Source: Euprymna scolopes
Taxonomy: Eukaryota
Strand: one strand, 5' to 3'
NCBI GenBank assembly: GCA_053919585.1
Contig: CM132809.1
Length of the DNA: 64,000 bases
In this document: piece after piece, positions 45,001 to 55,958 of the stretch
Position numbering within the stretch: position 1 is the first letter of the stretch
Layout: each line of letters begins with the position of its first letter
Made by a program: the position numbers and the translations under genes
Notes under the pieces: model-generated
What the model saw: only the letters and a program-made list of their open reading frames with translations
What the model was told of the DNA's origin: nothing
The model's database searches: none

Positions 45001-48000
45001 TTTCCTCAGTGTTACTACTCATATGCATCGGTAGATTTGATTTCTCAGGACAGAAATACTCCAATTGTTCCAAGGAATGCTCCAATTGTTCCAAGGAATA
45101 TGACTTTTCCTCAGTGTTACTACTCATAGGCATCGGTAGATTTGATTTCTCAGGACAGGAATACTCCAATTGTTCCAAGGAATATGACTTTTCCTCAGTG
45201 TTACTACTCATATGCATCGGTAGATTTGATTTCTCAGGAAAGAAATACTCCAATTGTTCCAAGGAATATGACTTTTCCTCAGTGTTACTACTCATATGCA
45301 TCGGTAGATTTGATTTCTCAGGACAGGAATACTCCAATTGTTCCAAGGAATATGACTTTTCCTCAGTGTTACTACTCATATGCATCGGTAGATTTGATTT
45401 CTCAGGACAGGAATACTCCAATTGTTCCAAGGAATATGACTTTTCCTCAGTGTTACTATTCATATGCATCGATAGATTTGATTTCTCAGGACAGGAATAC
45501 TCCAATTGTTCCAAGGAATATGACTTTTCCTCAGTGTTACTACTCATATGCATCGATAGATTTGATTTCTCAGGACAGGAATACTCCAATTGTTCCAAGG
45601 AATATGACTTTTCCTCAGTGTTACTACTCATATGCATCGGTAGATTTGATTTCTCAGGAAAGAAATACTCCAATTGTTCCAAGGAATATGACTTTTCCTC
45701 AGTGTTACTACTCATATGCATCGGTAGATTTGATTTCTCAGGACAGGAATACTCCAATTGTTCCAAGGAATATGACTTTTCCTCAGTGTTACTACTCATA
45801 TGCATCGGTAGATTTGATTTCTCAGGACAGGAATACTCCAATTGTTCCAAGGAATATGACTTTTCCTCAGTGTTACTACTCATATGCATCGGTAGATTTG
45901 ATTTCTCAGGACAGGAATACTCCAATTGTTCCAAGGAATATGACTTTTCCTCAGTGTTACTACTCATATGCATCGGTAGATTTGATTTCTCAGGACAGGA
46001 ATACTCCAATTGTTCCAAGGAATATGACTTTTCCTCAGTGTTACTACTCATATGCATCGGTAGATTTGATTTCTCAGGACAGGAATACTCCAATTGTTCC
46101 AAGGAATATGACTTTTCCTCAGTGTTACTACTCATATGCATCGGTAGATTTGATTTCTCAGGACAGGAATACTCCAATTGTTCCAAGGAATATGACTTTT
46201 CCTCAGTATTACTACTCATATGCATCGGTAGATTTGATTTCTCAGGACAGGAATACTCCAATTGTTCCAAGGAATATGACTTTTCCTCAGTGTTACTACT
46301 CATATGCATCGGTAGATTTGATTTCTCAGGAAAGAAATACTCCAATTGTTCCAAGGAATATGACTTTTCCTCAGTGTTACTACTCATATGCATCGGTAGA
46401 TTTGATTTCTCAGGAAAGAAATACTCCAATTGTTCCAAGGAATATGACTTTTCCTCAGTGTTACTACTCATATGCATCGGTAGATTTGATTTCTCAGGAC
46501 AGGAATACTCCAATTGTTCCAAGGAATATGACTTTTCCTCAGTGTTACTACTCATATGCATCGGTAGATTTGATTTCTCAGGACAGGAATACTCCAATTG
46601 TTCCAAGGAATATGACTTTTCCTCAGTGTTACTTCTCATATGCATCGGTAGATTTGATTTCTCAGGACAGGAATACTCCAATTGTTCCAAGGAATATGAC
46701 TTTTCCTCAGTGTTACTACTCATATGCATCGGTAGATTTGATTTCTCAGGAAAGAAATACTCCAATTGTTCCAAGGAATATGACTTTTCCTCAGTGTTAC
46801 TACTCATATGCATCGGTAGATTTGATTTCTCAGGACAGGAATACTCCAATTGTTCCAAGGAATATGACTTTTCCTCAGTGTTACTACTCATATGCATCGG
46901 TAGATTTGATTTCTCAGGACAGGAATACTCCAATTGTTCCAAGGAATATGACTTTTCCTCAGTGTTACTACTCATATGCATCGATAGATTTGATTTCTCA
47001 GGACAGGAATACTCCAATTGTTCCAAGGAATATGACTTTTCCTCAGTGTTACTACTCATATGCATCGATAGATTTGATTTCTCAGGACAGGAATACTCCA
47101 ATTGTTCCAAGGAATGCTCCAATTCTTCCAAGGAATATGACTTTTCCGCAGGATTAGTACTCATATGCATCGGTAGATTTGATTTCTCAGGACAGGAATA
47201 CTCTAATTGTCCCAAGGAATATGACTTTTCCGCAGTGTTACTACTCATATGCATCGATAGATTTGATTTCTCAGGACAGGAATACTCCAATTGTTCCAAG
47301 GAATATGACTTTTCCTCAGTGTTACTACTCATATGCATCGATAGATTTGATTTCTCAGGACAGGAATACTCCAATTGTTCCAAGGAATATGACTTTTCCT
47401 CAGTGTTACTACTCATATGCATCGATAGATTTGATTTCTCAGGACAGGAATACTCCAATTGTTCCAAGGAATGCTCCAATTCTTCCAAGGAATATGACTT
47501 TTCCGCAGGATTAGTACTCATATGCATCGGTTGATTTGATTTCTCAGGACAGGAATACTCCAATTGTTCCAAGGAATATGACTTTTCCTCAGTGTTACTA
47601 CTCATATGCATCGGTAGATTTGATTTCTCAGGACAGGAATACTCCAATTGTTCCAAGGAATATGACTTTTCCTCAGTGTTACTACTCATATGCATCGATA
47701 GATTTGATTTCTCAGGACAGGAATACTCCAATTGTTCCAAGGAATATGACTTTTCCTCAGTGTTACTACTCATATGCATCGATAGATTTGATTTCTCAGG
47801 ACAGGAATACTCCAATTGTTCCAAGGAATATGACTTTTCCTCAGTGTTACTACTCATATGCATCGGTAGATTTGATTTCTCAGGACAGGAATACTCCAAT
47901 TGTTCCAAGGAATATGACTTTTCCTCAGTGTTACTACTCATATGCATCGGTAGATTTGATTTCTCAGGAAAGAAATACTCCAATTGTTCCAAGGAATATG

Positions 48001-50781
48001 ACTTTTCCTCAGTGTTACTACTCATATGCATCGGTAGATTTGATTTCTCAGGAAAGAAATACTCCAATTGTTCCAAGGAATATGACTTTTCCTCAGTGTT
48101 ACTACTCATATGCATCGGTAGATTTGATTTCTCAGGACAGGAATACTCCAATTGTTCCAAGGAATATGACTTTTCCTCAGTGTTACTACTCATATGCATC
48201 GGTAGATTTGATTTCTCAGGACAGGAATACTCCAATTGTTCCAAGGAATATGACTTTTCCTCAGTGTTACTTCTCATATGCATCGGTAGATTTGATTTCT
48301 CACGACAGGAATACTCCAATTGTTCCAAGGAATATGACTTTTCCTCAGTGTTACTACTCATATGCATCGGTAGATTTGATTTCTCAGGAAAGAAATACTC
48401 CAATTGTTCCAAGGAATATGACTTTTCCTCAGTGTTACTACTCATATGCATCGGTAGATTTGATTTCTCAGGACAGGAATACTCCAATTGTTCCAAGGAA
48501 TATGACTTTTCCTCAGTGTTACTACTCATATGCATCGGTAGATTTGATTTCTCAGGACAGGAATACTCCAATTGTTCCAAGGAATATGACTTTTCCTCAG
48601 TGTTACTACTCATATGCATCGATAGATTTGATTTCTCAGGACAGGAATACTCCAATTGTTCCAAGGAATATGACTTTTCCTCAGTGTTACTACTCATATG
48701 CATCGATAGATTTGATTTCTCAGGACAGGAATACTCCAATTGTTCCAAGGAATGCTCCAATTCTTCCAAGGAATATGACTTTTCCGCAGGATTAGTACTC
48801 ATATGCATCGGTAGATTTGATTTCTCAGGACAGGAATACTCCAATTGTTCCAAGGAATATGACTTTTCCTCAGTGTTACTACTCATATGCATCGGTAGAT
48901 TTGATTTCTCAGGACAGGAATACTCCAATTGTTCCAAGGAATATGACTTTTCCTCAGTGTTACTACTCATATGCATCGATAGATTTGATTTCTCAGGACA
49001 GGAATACTCCAATTGTTCCAATGAATATGAATTTTCCTCCGTGTTACTACTCATATGCATCGGTAGATTTGATTTCTCAGGACAGAAATACTCCAATTGT
49101 TCCAAGGAATGCTCCAATTCTTCCAAGGAATATGACTTTTCCGCAATGTTACTACTCATATGCATCGGTAGATTTGATTTCTCAGGACAGGAATACTCCA
49201 ATTGTTCCAAGGAATATGACTTTTCCTCAGTGTTATTACTCATAGGCATCGGTAGATTTGATTTCTCAGGACAGGTATACTCCAATTGTTCCAAGGAATA
49301 TGACTTTTCCTCAGTGTTACTACTCATATGCATCGGTAGATTTGATTTCTCAGGAAAGAAATACTCCAATTGTTCCAAGGAATATGACTTTTCCTCAGTG
49401 TTACTACTCATATGCATCGGTAGATTTGATTTCTCAGGACAGGAATACTCCAATTGTTCCAAGGAATATGACTTTTCCTCAGTGTTACTACTCATATGCA
49501 TCGATAGATTTGATTTCTCAGGACAGGAATACTCCAATTGTTCCAAGGAATATGACTTTTCCTCAGTGTTACTACTCATATGCATCGGTAGATTTGATTT
49601 CTCAGGACAGGAATTCTCCAATTGTTCCAAGGAATATGACTTTTCCGCAGTGTTACTACTCATATGCATCGGTAGATTTGATTTCTCAGGACAGGAATAC
49701 TCCAATTGTTCCAAGGAATATGACTTTTCCTCAGTGTTACTACTCATATGCATCGGTAGATTTGATTTCTCAGGAAAGAAATACTCCAATTGTTCCAAGG
49801 AATATGACTTTTCCTCAGTGTTACTACTCATATGCATCGGTAGATTTGATTTCTCAGGACAGGAATTCTCCAATTGTTCCAAGGAATATGACTTTTCCGC
49901 AGTGTTACTACTCATATGCATCGGTAGATTTGATTTCTCAGGACAGGAATACTCCAATTGTTCCAAGGAATATGACTTTTCCTCAGTGTTACTACTCATA
50001 TGCATCGGTAGATTTGATTTCTCAGGAAAGAAATACTCCAATTGTTCCAAGGAATATGACTTTTCCTCAGTGTTACTACTCATATGCATCGGTAGATTTT
50101 ATTTCTCAGGACAGGTATACTCCAATTGTTCCAAGGAATATGACTTTTCCTCAGTGTTACTACTCATATGCATCGATAGATTTGATTTCTCAGGACAGGA
50201 ATACTCCAATTGTTCCAAGGAATATGACTTTTCCTCAGTGTTACTACTCATATGCATCGATAGATTTGATTACTCAGGACAGGAATACTCCAATTGTTCC
50301 AAGGAATATGACTTTTCCTCAGTGTTACTACTCATATGCATTGGTAGATTTGATTTCTCAGGACAGGAATTCTCCAATTGTTCCAAGGAATATGACTTTT
50401 CCGCAGTGTTACTACTCATATGCATCGGTAGATTTGATTTCTCAGGACAGGAATACTCCAATTGTTCCAAGGAATATGACTTTTCCTCAGTGTTACTACT
50501 CATATGCATCGATAGATTTGATTTCTCAGGACAGGAATACTCCAATTGTTCCAAGGAATATGACTTTTCCGCAGTGTTACTACTCATATGCATCGATAGA
50601 TTTGATTTCTCAGGACAGAAATACTCCAATTGTTCCAAGGAATATGACTTTTCCTCAGTGTTAGTACTCATATGCATCGATAGATTTGATTTCTCAGGAC
50701 AGGAATACTCCAATTGTTCCAAGGAATATGACTTTTCCTCGGTGTTACTACTCATATGCATCGGTAGATTTGATTTCTCAG
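1..50781. repeat. 84-bp tandem satellite array (~594 monomers, truncated by left window edge), derived from a C2H2 zinc-finger coding unit on the minus strand
   Basis: Consensus AGTGTTACTACTCATATGCATCG(G/A)TAGATTTGATTTCTCAGGACAGGAATACTCCAATTGTTCCAAGGAATATGACTTTTCCTC repeats head-to-tail with typically 0-4 substitutions per unit. The phase of the last unit start (50741) fits 594x84 + 40x21 + 4 exactly. The right boundary at 50781 is sharp. Confidence 0.99.
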
Positions 50782-51290
50782 ATTTGGTTTGTCCAGAATG
50801 AGTTCTTACAGGTTTCTCTTGATTTGATTAATCAGAACAAACAGTTTAACACCAATCCTTATATGTTTTGCTGAATTTGATTCATAAGAATAACAAATTT
50901 CAAATGAATCCTCAGCGTGGATTATCATATGTCGCATTAGATTTTATCTCTGAGAAAAAAAAATCGATGCACACATTATACAAAAATAAGAGTTTTCTCT
51001 TGTGTGGTTCATAATATTTTGCACTAGATTATTTTCTGAGAAGTGGAACATTCACAACTAAACAACAATATGGTTTATATTTACTGTGTACTTGTAGGTT
51101 TCAGTATTTTCTCATGACCAATTATTCAGGATTTTTTCTAGAAAATATAGGAATTTGAGATATATTCCTGCCACAGATGTCGGTTTATATCTTCCAAACA
51201 CCAATATGATTTTCTCTGTAGCAAATATTAAAGAAAATATAGACTCGTTCAGATTCAACAAAAGCGTTCAAGCAGGAACATCTGCAAAGA
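50782..51290 (-). pseudogene. Decayed C2H2 (Kruppel-type) zinc-finger gene remnant adjoining the satellite
   Basis: Manual minus-strand translation gives HSKYKPYCC (51088-51062), CECSTSQK (51056-51033), NLVQNIMNHTRENSYFCIMCASIFFSQR*NLMRHMIIH (to 50917) and VCSD*SNQEKPVRTHSGQTKS, which runs in frame into the satellite EKSNLPMH. Terminal His codons are 82 and 87 bp apart (84 with small indels). There are in-frame stops at 50944-46 and 50828-30 plus frameshifts. A possible splice acceptor TTTTTTCTTTGCAG ends at 51282. Confidence 0.85.
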
Positions 51291-53813
51291 AAAAATATAT
51301 AATTAACTTTTTTCACTTATTGCCAATATTATTTTAAGTGATTTTTGTAATAAAATATTTTTTTTATTTTTATCGTTATTGAATTTCTTTGACTCTTCAT
51401 GAAAATTATTTAGAGATTTCACTTTTATGTTGACACAATAATAACTATGATGATTATCTTTTCTATTGATACAATCATAACTATGATGAATATCTCCGTT
51501 ATTTGCGTCTAATTTTGTCATATTCCAAATGTATCATCAGCTATAACTGGCCTTTCTTTCGAACTTTATAATTCATACATTATATTAATCATTGTAAAAA
51601 AAAAAACAGAATATTCTGCGTTTCCTTCTCGTGAGGATTCGTCAGTTTTGTAAGTTTTGTTCGCTATTTCTCTGCTACAGGTTAATACATGTTTTTTTTT
51701 TAAGAATAGGATAGAAAATCATTCATTTAGGCATAATATACATAGATCGGCTAGGTTCCTACATGTACTTGCTTGTCTTTAAGTTCCCAGTATTGGTTTG
51801 CTAGTTCTGTTTTCTTTCCGTTTTGTTTTTGAACGTACTTTTAAGGTTATAATACTTAGTTTTAAAATCTAATGGCGGTCATACACGACATAGGAAACTG
51901 ACAAATTCAACTAAGTTTTTTTAGTTAAATAAATTAATTATAAAAATCACTTGAGGTAAATATTTGTTTTCTGTGATATTTTCAAACACAATTAATAATC
52001 AAAGATACTGAGAAAAAAAAACACCTTATTTCTACAAAAATAGCTTAATAAGCCCCGAAAAGCTAAGGTTTAGTAACATCCAACGTTTTGCATTATCGAA
52101 ATAAACGAAAAGATGCCGTGCATAAATTGTACGGAAGCCGAGAATGTCAGAAAGTCTACTTATTTTAAAATTTATTGACGAATTGAAACATTACTATAAG
52201 TTAATTTCAGTATGTTTGAAGATTATAAAACATTTGTGTCGAATTTTTGAAGTATGCTTTGATGTAATTGTTATGTTAATTTCTTGATACTGTTTTGGAG
52301 CAAAAACAGCGGAGATAAAATATCTCACAAGAGACAAAGGTTAAGACAGTTCCCTTCGTAACAGTATTTTAGATGGTCACAATGTAGGTGTTCAATTTTG
52401 TAGAACGTTATAAATTACAACTACTCACGACGATAAAGTCATTGGCATTTTTTTAAATCGGAAAATTTCGACTATCTAAACATGGAACAAGAATGATAAA
52501 ATTTAGTGAAATTTAGAAATGGAGGTAATTTCATAAACATCCGCCGTTTTTTGTGTTCTCGTCCCGGACACCAATAAAAAAAAACAGAAAGAAAAGTTTC
52601 TTCAGTTGCATGAATTAATATTTTAAATGAACGAATTTGAATTGAAAACATTACGTGCATACCAATCATGCAGAAATTAATGAAGTATAAATTCCAGAAA
52701 TTATGAAAAATTAATCGATAGAAAATAATTACAAGATAATAGTGTTTGTATAGATGAATAGTCGTTTAAAACCAACGCATTTCAGATTTAAAAACATTAC
52801 GTACTTACGTGTCATTTCAAAATTAGCATAAGTTCTTCAATTTACCCATAATGATCCAGTAAATGTGATAAATGTATTTTTAACAATAAGCATCCACAAT
52901 TACGTTCTATTTGAAAAAGGGGAACCTTTTAATTTTAGGCAATGTATGTCAAGTGAGGTAAGACAGTTTTTCATACTGAATTGGTCTCATAACTCTTCCA
53001 CATTAAAACATACGATAAAACACAATAATTCGAGAAGTTCTATTATACTTGAAATTATTTTTAATAGATCATATTTTTCGTAATTTTAAAAATTTATAAT
53101 TATTTTTACATGACAGGTAAGTACGCATAAAATCACGAATTTACACATGAACCAGTGTGACTTTGTTTATGTAGGGAAATTCTGGGCAAAAAACATTTTT
53201 ATACCAAAAATAGAAAAATGTAAAAATGAAAATGTTTCATTCACTATTGCTGGCAATTAGTTTTTTTTTTTTTACTTTTGGGTCATTTTTTACTCTGGAT
53301 TATAGAAATAATTATATTTTTGTTTCCATCCGAAATAAAAAAAAAAAATCATTTCAACTTAAAATTTTTTTCTCAAAATGGTTTAATAATAAAATCTCGT
53401 ATTTTTGTAAACCGAATTTTGTAGTTGATAATTTGATTTTTTTATTAGATCTGAATTCGAAATAGAAATCCAATTGTATACACATAATTACTTAATGTAA
53501 CAGTAATGGACATATCCAAAAGTAGAATATTAATGAAAATATGTTTCGATTACAATTAACGAAAAAAATTGAGATTTGATAAATAAAAAAAAAAACTGTA
53601 TCCGTAACAAAGCTTTTTTTTTCCTGCAAGTTTAGCAAATTGTTGCTATGTCAGCAGAAATCACGTTTCGCTAATTATTTTTGCACTTGTTTTCAATAAT
53701 AATTTTTTTACTTTATTTTTTTGGTGATTTTTTTCATTACTGCGACATGATTATTAAGTAGATTTCATTGGTTTTACTTAAAATTCAATATTTCCATTTT
53801 AAAAGTTATATAT

Positions 53814-53894
53814 TTACGAAAATCGAGAAGGTAGACAAAGAAAATCATACATAGAATTTGATGAAAACGATCATAAACACAAATTTCGGTACTT
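53814..53894 (+). repeat. Dispersed repeat fragment, copy 1 (copy 2 at 55722-55791; related inverted piece near 57040-57076)
   Basis: TTACGAAAATCGAGAAGGTAGA..AAAGAAAA..TACATAGAAT..GATGAAAACGATCATAAA..TTTCGGTACTT is shared between copies with small indels. Confidence 0.75.
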
Positions 53895-54572
53895 TAGGTG
53901 TATCAGAATTTTTGTAGGAATTTTTGACACCCCTAACACGAAACGGCGAATAAAATATAAAAACACTCGTAATTTCTGTTAAAAGTGGGTTATTTACTTT
54001 CTTTATGGATTATACTTCCAAAATAAACTAATGGAGTTGTTTTAAAAGTAATAGAAATATTTAAAAAAAAAAAAAAAACTAATGAATTTTCCGAACTCAA
54101 TATTTTTTCAATTTTTAAACTTTAAAAATCTATCAAAATTTTTCTATTGATTCTATTTTTACGATATTTTCAGGGTCAATGTGAAATTTTATGTTCTTTC
54201 CAGTAAACCGAATATAATATTGTAGACAAACGTTTTTTTTTTTAATTCACGCCCCCCCCCCATTTTCCAGTTTCTCTTAAATAAATAATTAATTTACTCA
54301 CAAATTGAAGAGAAAAAGGTCAATAAATAATATATTCAAATTTAAAACAAAAAAAAGGTTTTTTTAGGTATTTACCTTTAAAGTCCGAAGTTTAAAACCT
54401 TTGTTTAAAAAATAAAAAAAAAAGTTTTTTTTTGTTTAATGAAACCTTGGTCCTTTAATTGAAAATAAAAAATTAGGGCTTGAATTACATTTTTCGAGCA
54501 GTTATAAGCTTGGAAAGATGGGGTGGAATTATGCACTATTTTCACGAAATTTCTGACACCTACTTATGCAGA

Positions 54573-54731
54573 GAGTGATCCGTTCTGAAATAACGTTATT
54601 AATTTAAAAGCCATTCTTAACATGAGGAGGCGAGGTTGTTTTGTACATATTCTGTATATTACACAATTGAATAAAAAAAAAACGAAACTTTAAACGTGGA
54701 AATACGATTTAAAAAATAGCGCGGATCACTA
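54573..54731. mobile_element. ~160-bp MITE-like element, copy 1 (Tc1/mariner-like termini)
   Basis: Ends GAGTGATCCG...CGGATCACT form an inverted repeat, and the element aligns throughout with 55799-55958. Confidence 0.6.
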
Positions 54732-55560
54732 CAAGCTCCAATCGGTAGTGGAATGGGGACAACAATAGATGGTCACATTCAATGCTGCCAAGACTAAACT
54801 GGTTTCCTTCAATAATTACAAGAAACATTCTCTGCCACCAATAGCAATGGCCAATGACTCCCTGTCTGAGAGTCCATCTTTCAAACTGATTGGCCTAACG
54901 TTTACAGGAAACATGAGTTGGAACAATTATATTGAAAACATTGCCAGGGCCGCTGCGAAGAAGGTAGGCTCTCTCTACCGTGCTAGAAAACTACTGACAT
55001 CTGAAAGTATCCTGTACCTCTATAAGGCCACCATTCGCCCATGTATGGAGTATTGCTGTCACATTTGGGCTGGTGCATCTGCTGTTTGTCTCTCGCTCCT
55101 AGACAACGTTCAAAAGACAGCCACCAATCTGATAGGCCCTGAACTGGCATCTAAGCTTCAGCCTCTGTCCCATCGACGAAACGTTGCATCCCTCCGCTTG
55201 TTTTACAAGTATTTTAATGGTGAATGCCTTGACGAACTGCAGACACTTGTGCCCCCACGACGTAGATACCCTCCACAAACCAGATAGGCAGCTAAATCCC
55301 ACCCCCACACAGCAGAGATCCCTAGATGTAAAAGATCTTTCAACTCCAGTAGTTTCTGCCCCAGAACCGCTAGACTCTGGAATTCCATTCAGGTCCCTGC
55401 TTCCAACCGTACTGACATGCAGAAGTTCAAGTGTAACGTGAACCAACATCTTGCTGCCCAAATCCCAACATAGTGACCCAGTAGTTGCTGCCCCTGATAG
55501 TAGCCCCCTACACCACAGTGGCAATGTGCCTTGTTTGGGGTGAAAATGTAATATAAAAAA
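54732..55560 (+). mobile_element. 5'-truncated non-LTR retrotransposon (CR1/L2-group LINE): RT C-terminal/thumb region plus 3' UTR and A-rich tail
   Basis: ORF 54769-55287 carries VTFNAAKTK, LGLTF-like IGLTF..NMSWNNYI, LYLYKATIRPCMEYCCHIWAGA and LQPLSHRRNVASLRLFYKYFNG. A downstream frame reads SFCPRTARLWNS..QKFKCNVNQHL. The element ends GGGGTGAAAATGTAATATAAAAAA. An upstream in-frame stop and a frameshift mark it as degenerate. Confidence 0.93.
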
Positions 55561-55721
55561 TCGATTCCCCATTTTGGAAGCAGAGATATTTTCGGCAAAA
55601 TTTCACAAGTATAAACTTTTGGGCACTATTGGGACGAGATTGTAGAAATCGTAATACTTGATTTCACATGAAACCAGTGCTATGTTCGTATTCCTCGAGT
55701 TGTTTAGATGATATCCAAAAA

Positions 55722-55791
55722 TTACGAAAATCGAGAAGGTAGAAAAAGAAAATACATAGAATGATGAAAACGATCATAAATTTCGGTACTT
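55722..55791 (+). repeat. Dispersed repeat fragment, copy 2 of 53814-53894
   Basis: Direct sequence similarity to 53814-53894. Confidence 0.75.
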
Positions 55792-55798
55792 ACGCAGA

Positions 55799-55958
55799 CA
55801 GTGATCCCTTCTGAAATAATAACGTTATTATTTAAAAAGCCATTCTTAACATGGGGAGGGGAGGTTGTTTTGTACCTATTCTGTACCTTACAATTGAATA
55901 ATAAAAAAAAAACTTTAACTAAACGTGGAAATACGATTTAAAAAATAGCGGATCACTG
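55799..55958. mobile_element. ~160-bp MITE-like element, copy 2
   Basis: Termini CAGTGATCC...GGATCACTG followed by TA. CAGTG..CACTG with TA is typical of Tc1/mariner ends, although the left flank is GA rather than TA. Homologous to 54573-54731. Confidence 0.65.

Noticed and set aside
283-50761. Functional giant zinc-finger or PRDM9-like gene
   Set aside because: Both Cys and the second His are lost in essentially every unit, stops and frameshifts recur, the upstream fingers are pseudogenised, and no KRAB, SET or ZAD domain is visible.
1-50781. CRISPR array
   Set aside because: Units are contiguous and near-identical with no unique spacers, there are no cas genes, and the context (LINEs, microsatellites, zinc-finger remnants) is eukaryotic.
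1-50781. Array as a pure assembly artefact
   Set aside because: Rare variants recur in collinear blocks with their own private differences and random indels are essentially absent, which fits real array evolution. Exact length still needs read-depth confirmation.
2-50801. Long + strand ORFs (LLLICIGRFDFSGQEYSNCSKEYDFSSV and MTFPQCYYSYASVDLISQDRNTPIVPRN repeats) as genes, e.g. membrane or surface repeat proteins
   Set aside because: They follow from an 84-bp stop-free monomer. The first is simply the antisense of the finger frame (DFSSV corresponds to the GFSPV antisense of TGEKP). They lack unique termini and are broken by scattered stops.
54769-55287. Host protein-coding gene
   Set aside because: It is a fragment of LINE ORF2 preceded by an in-frame stop and followed by a frameshift.
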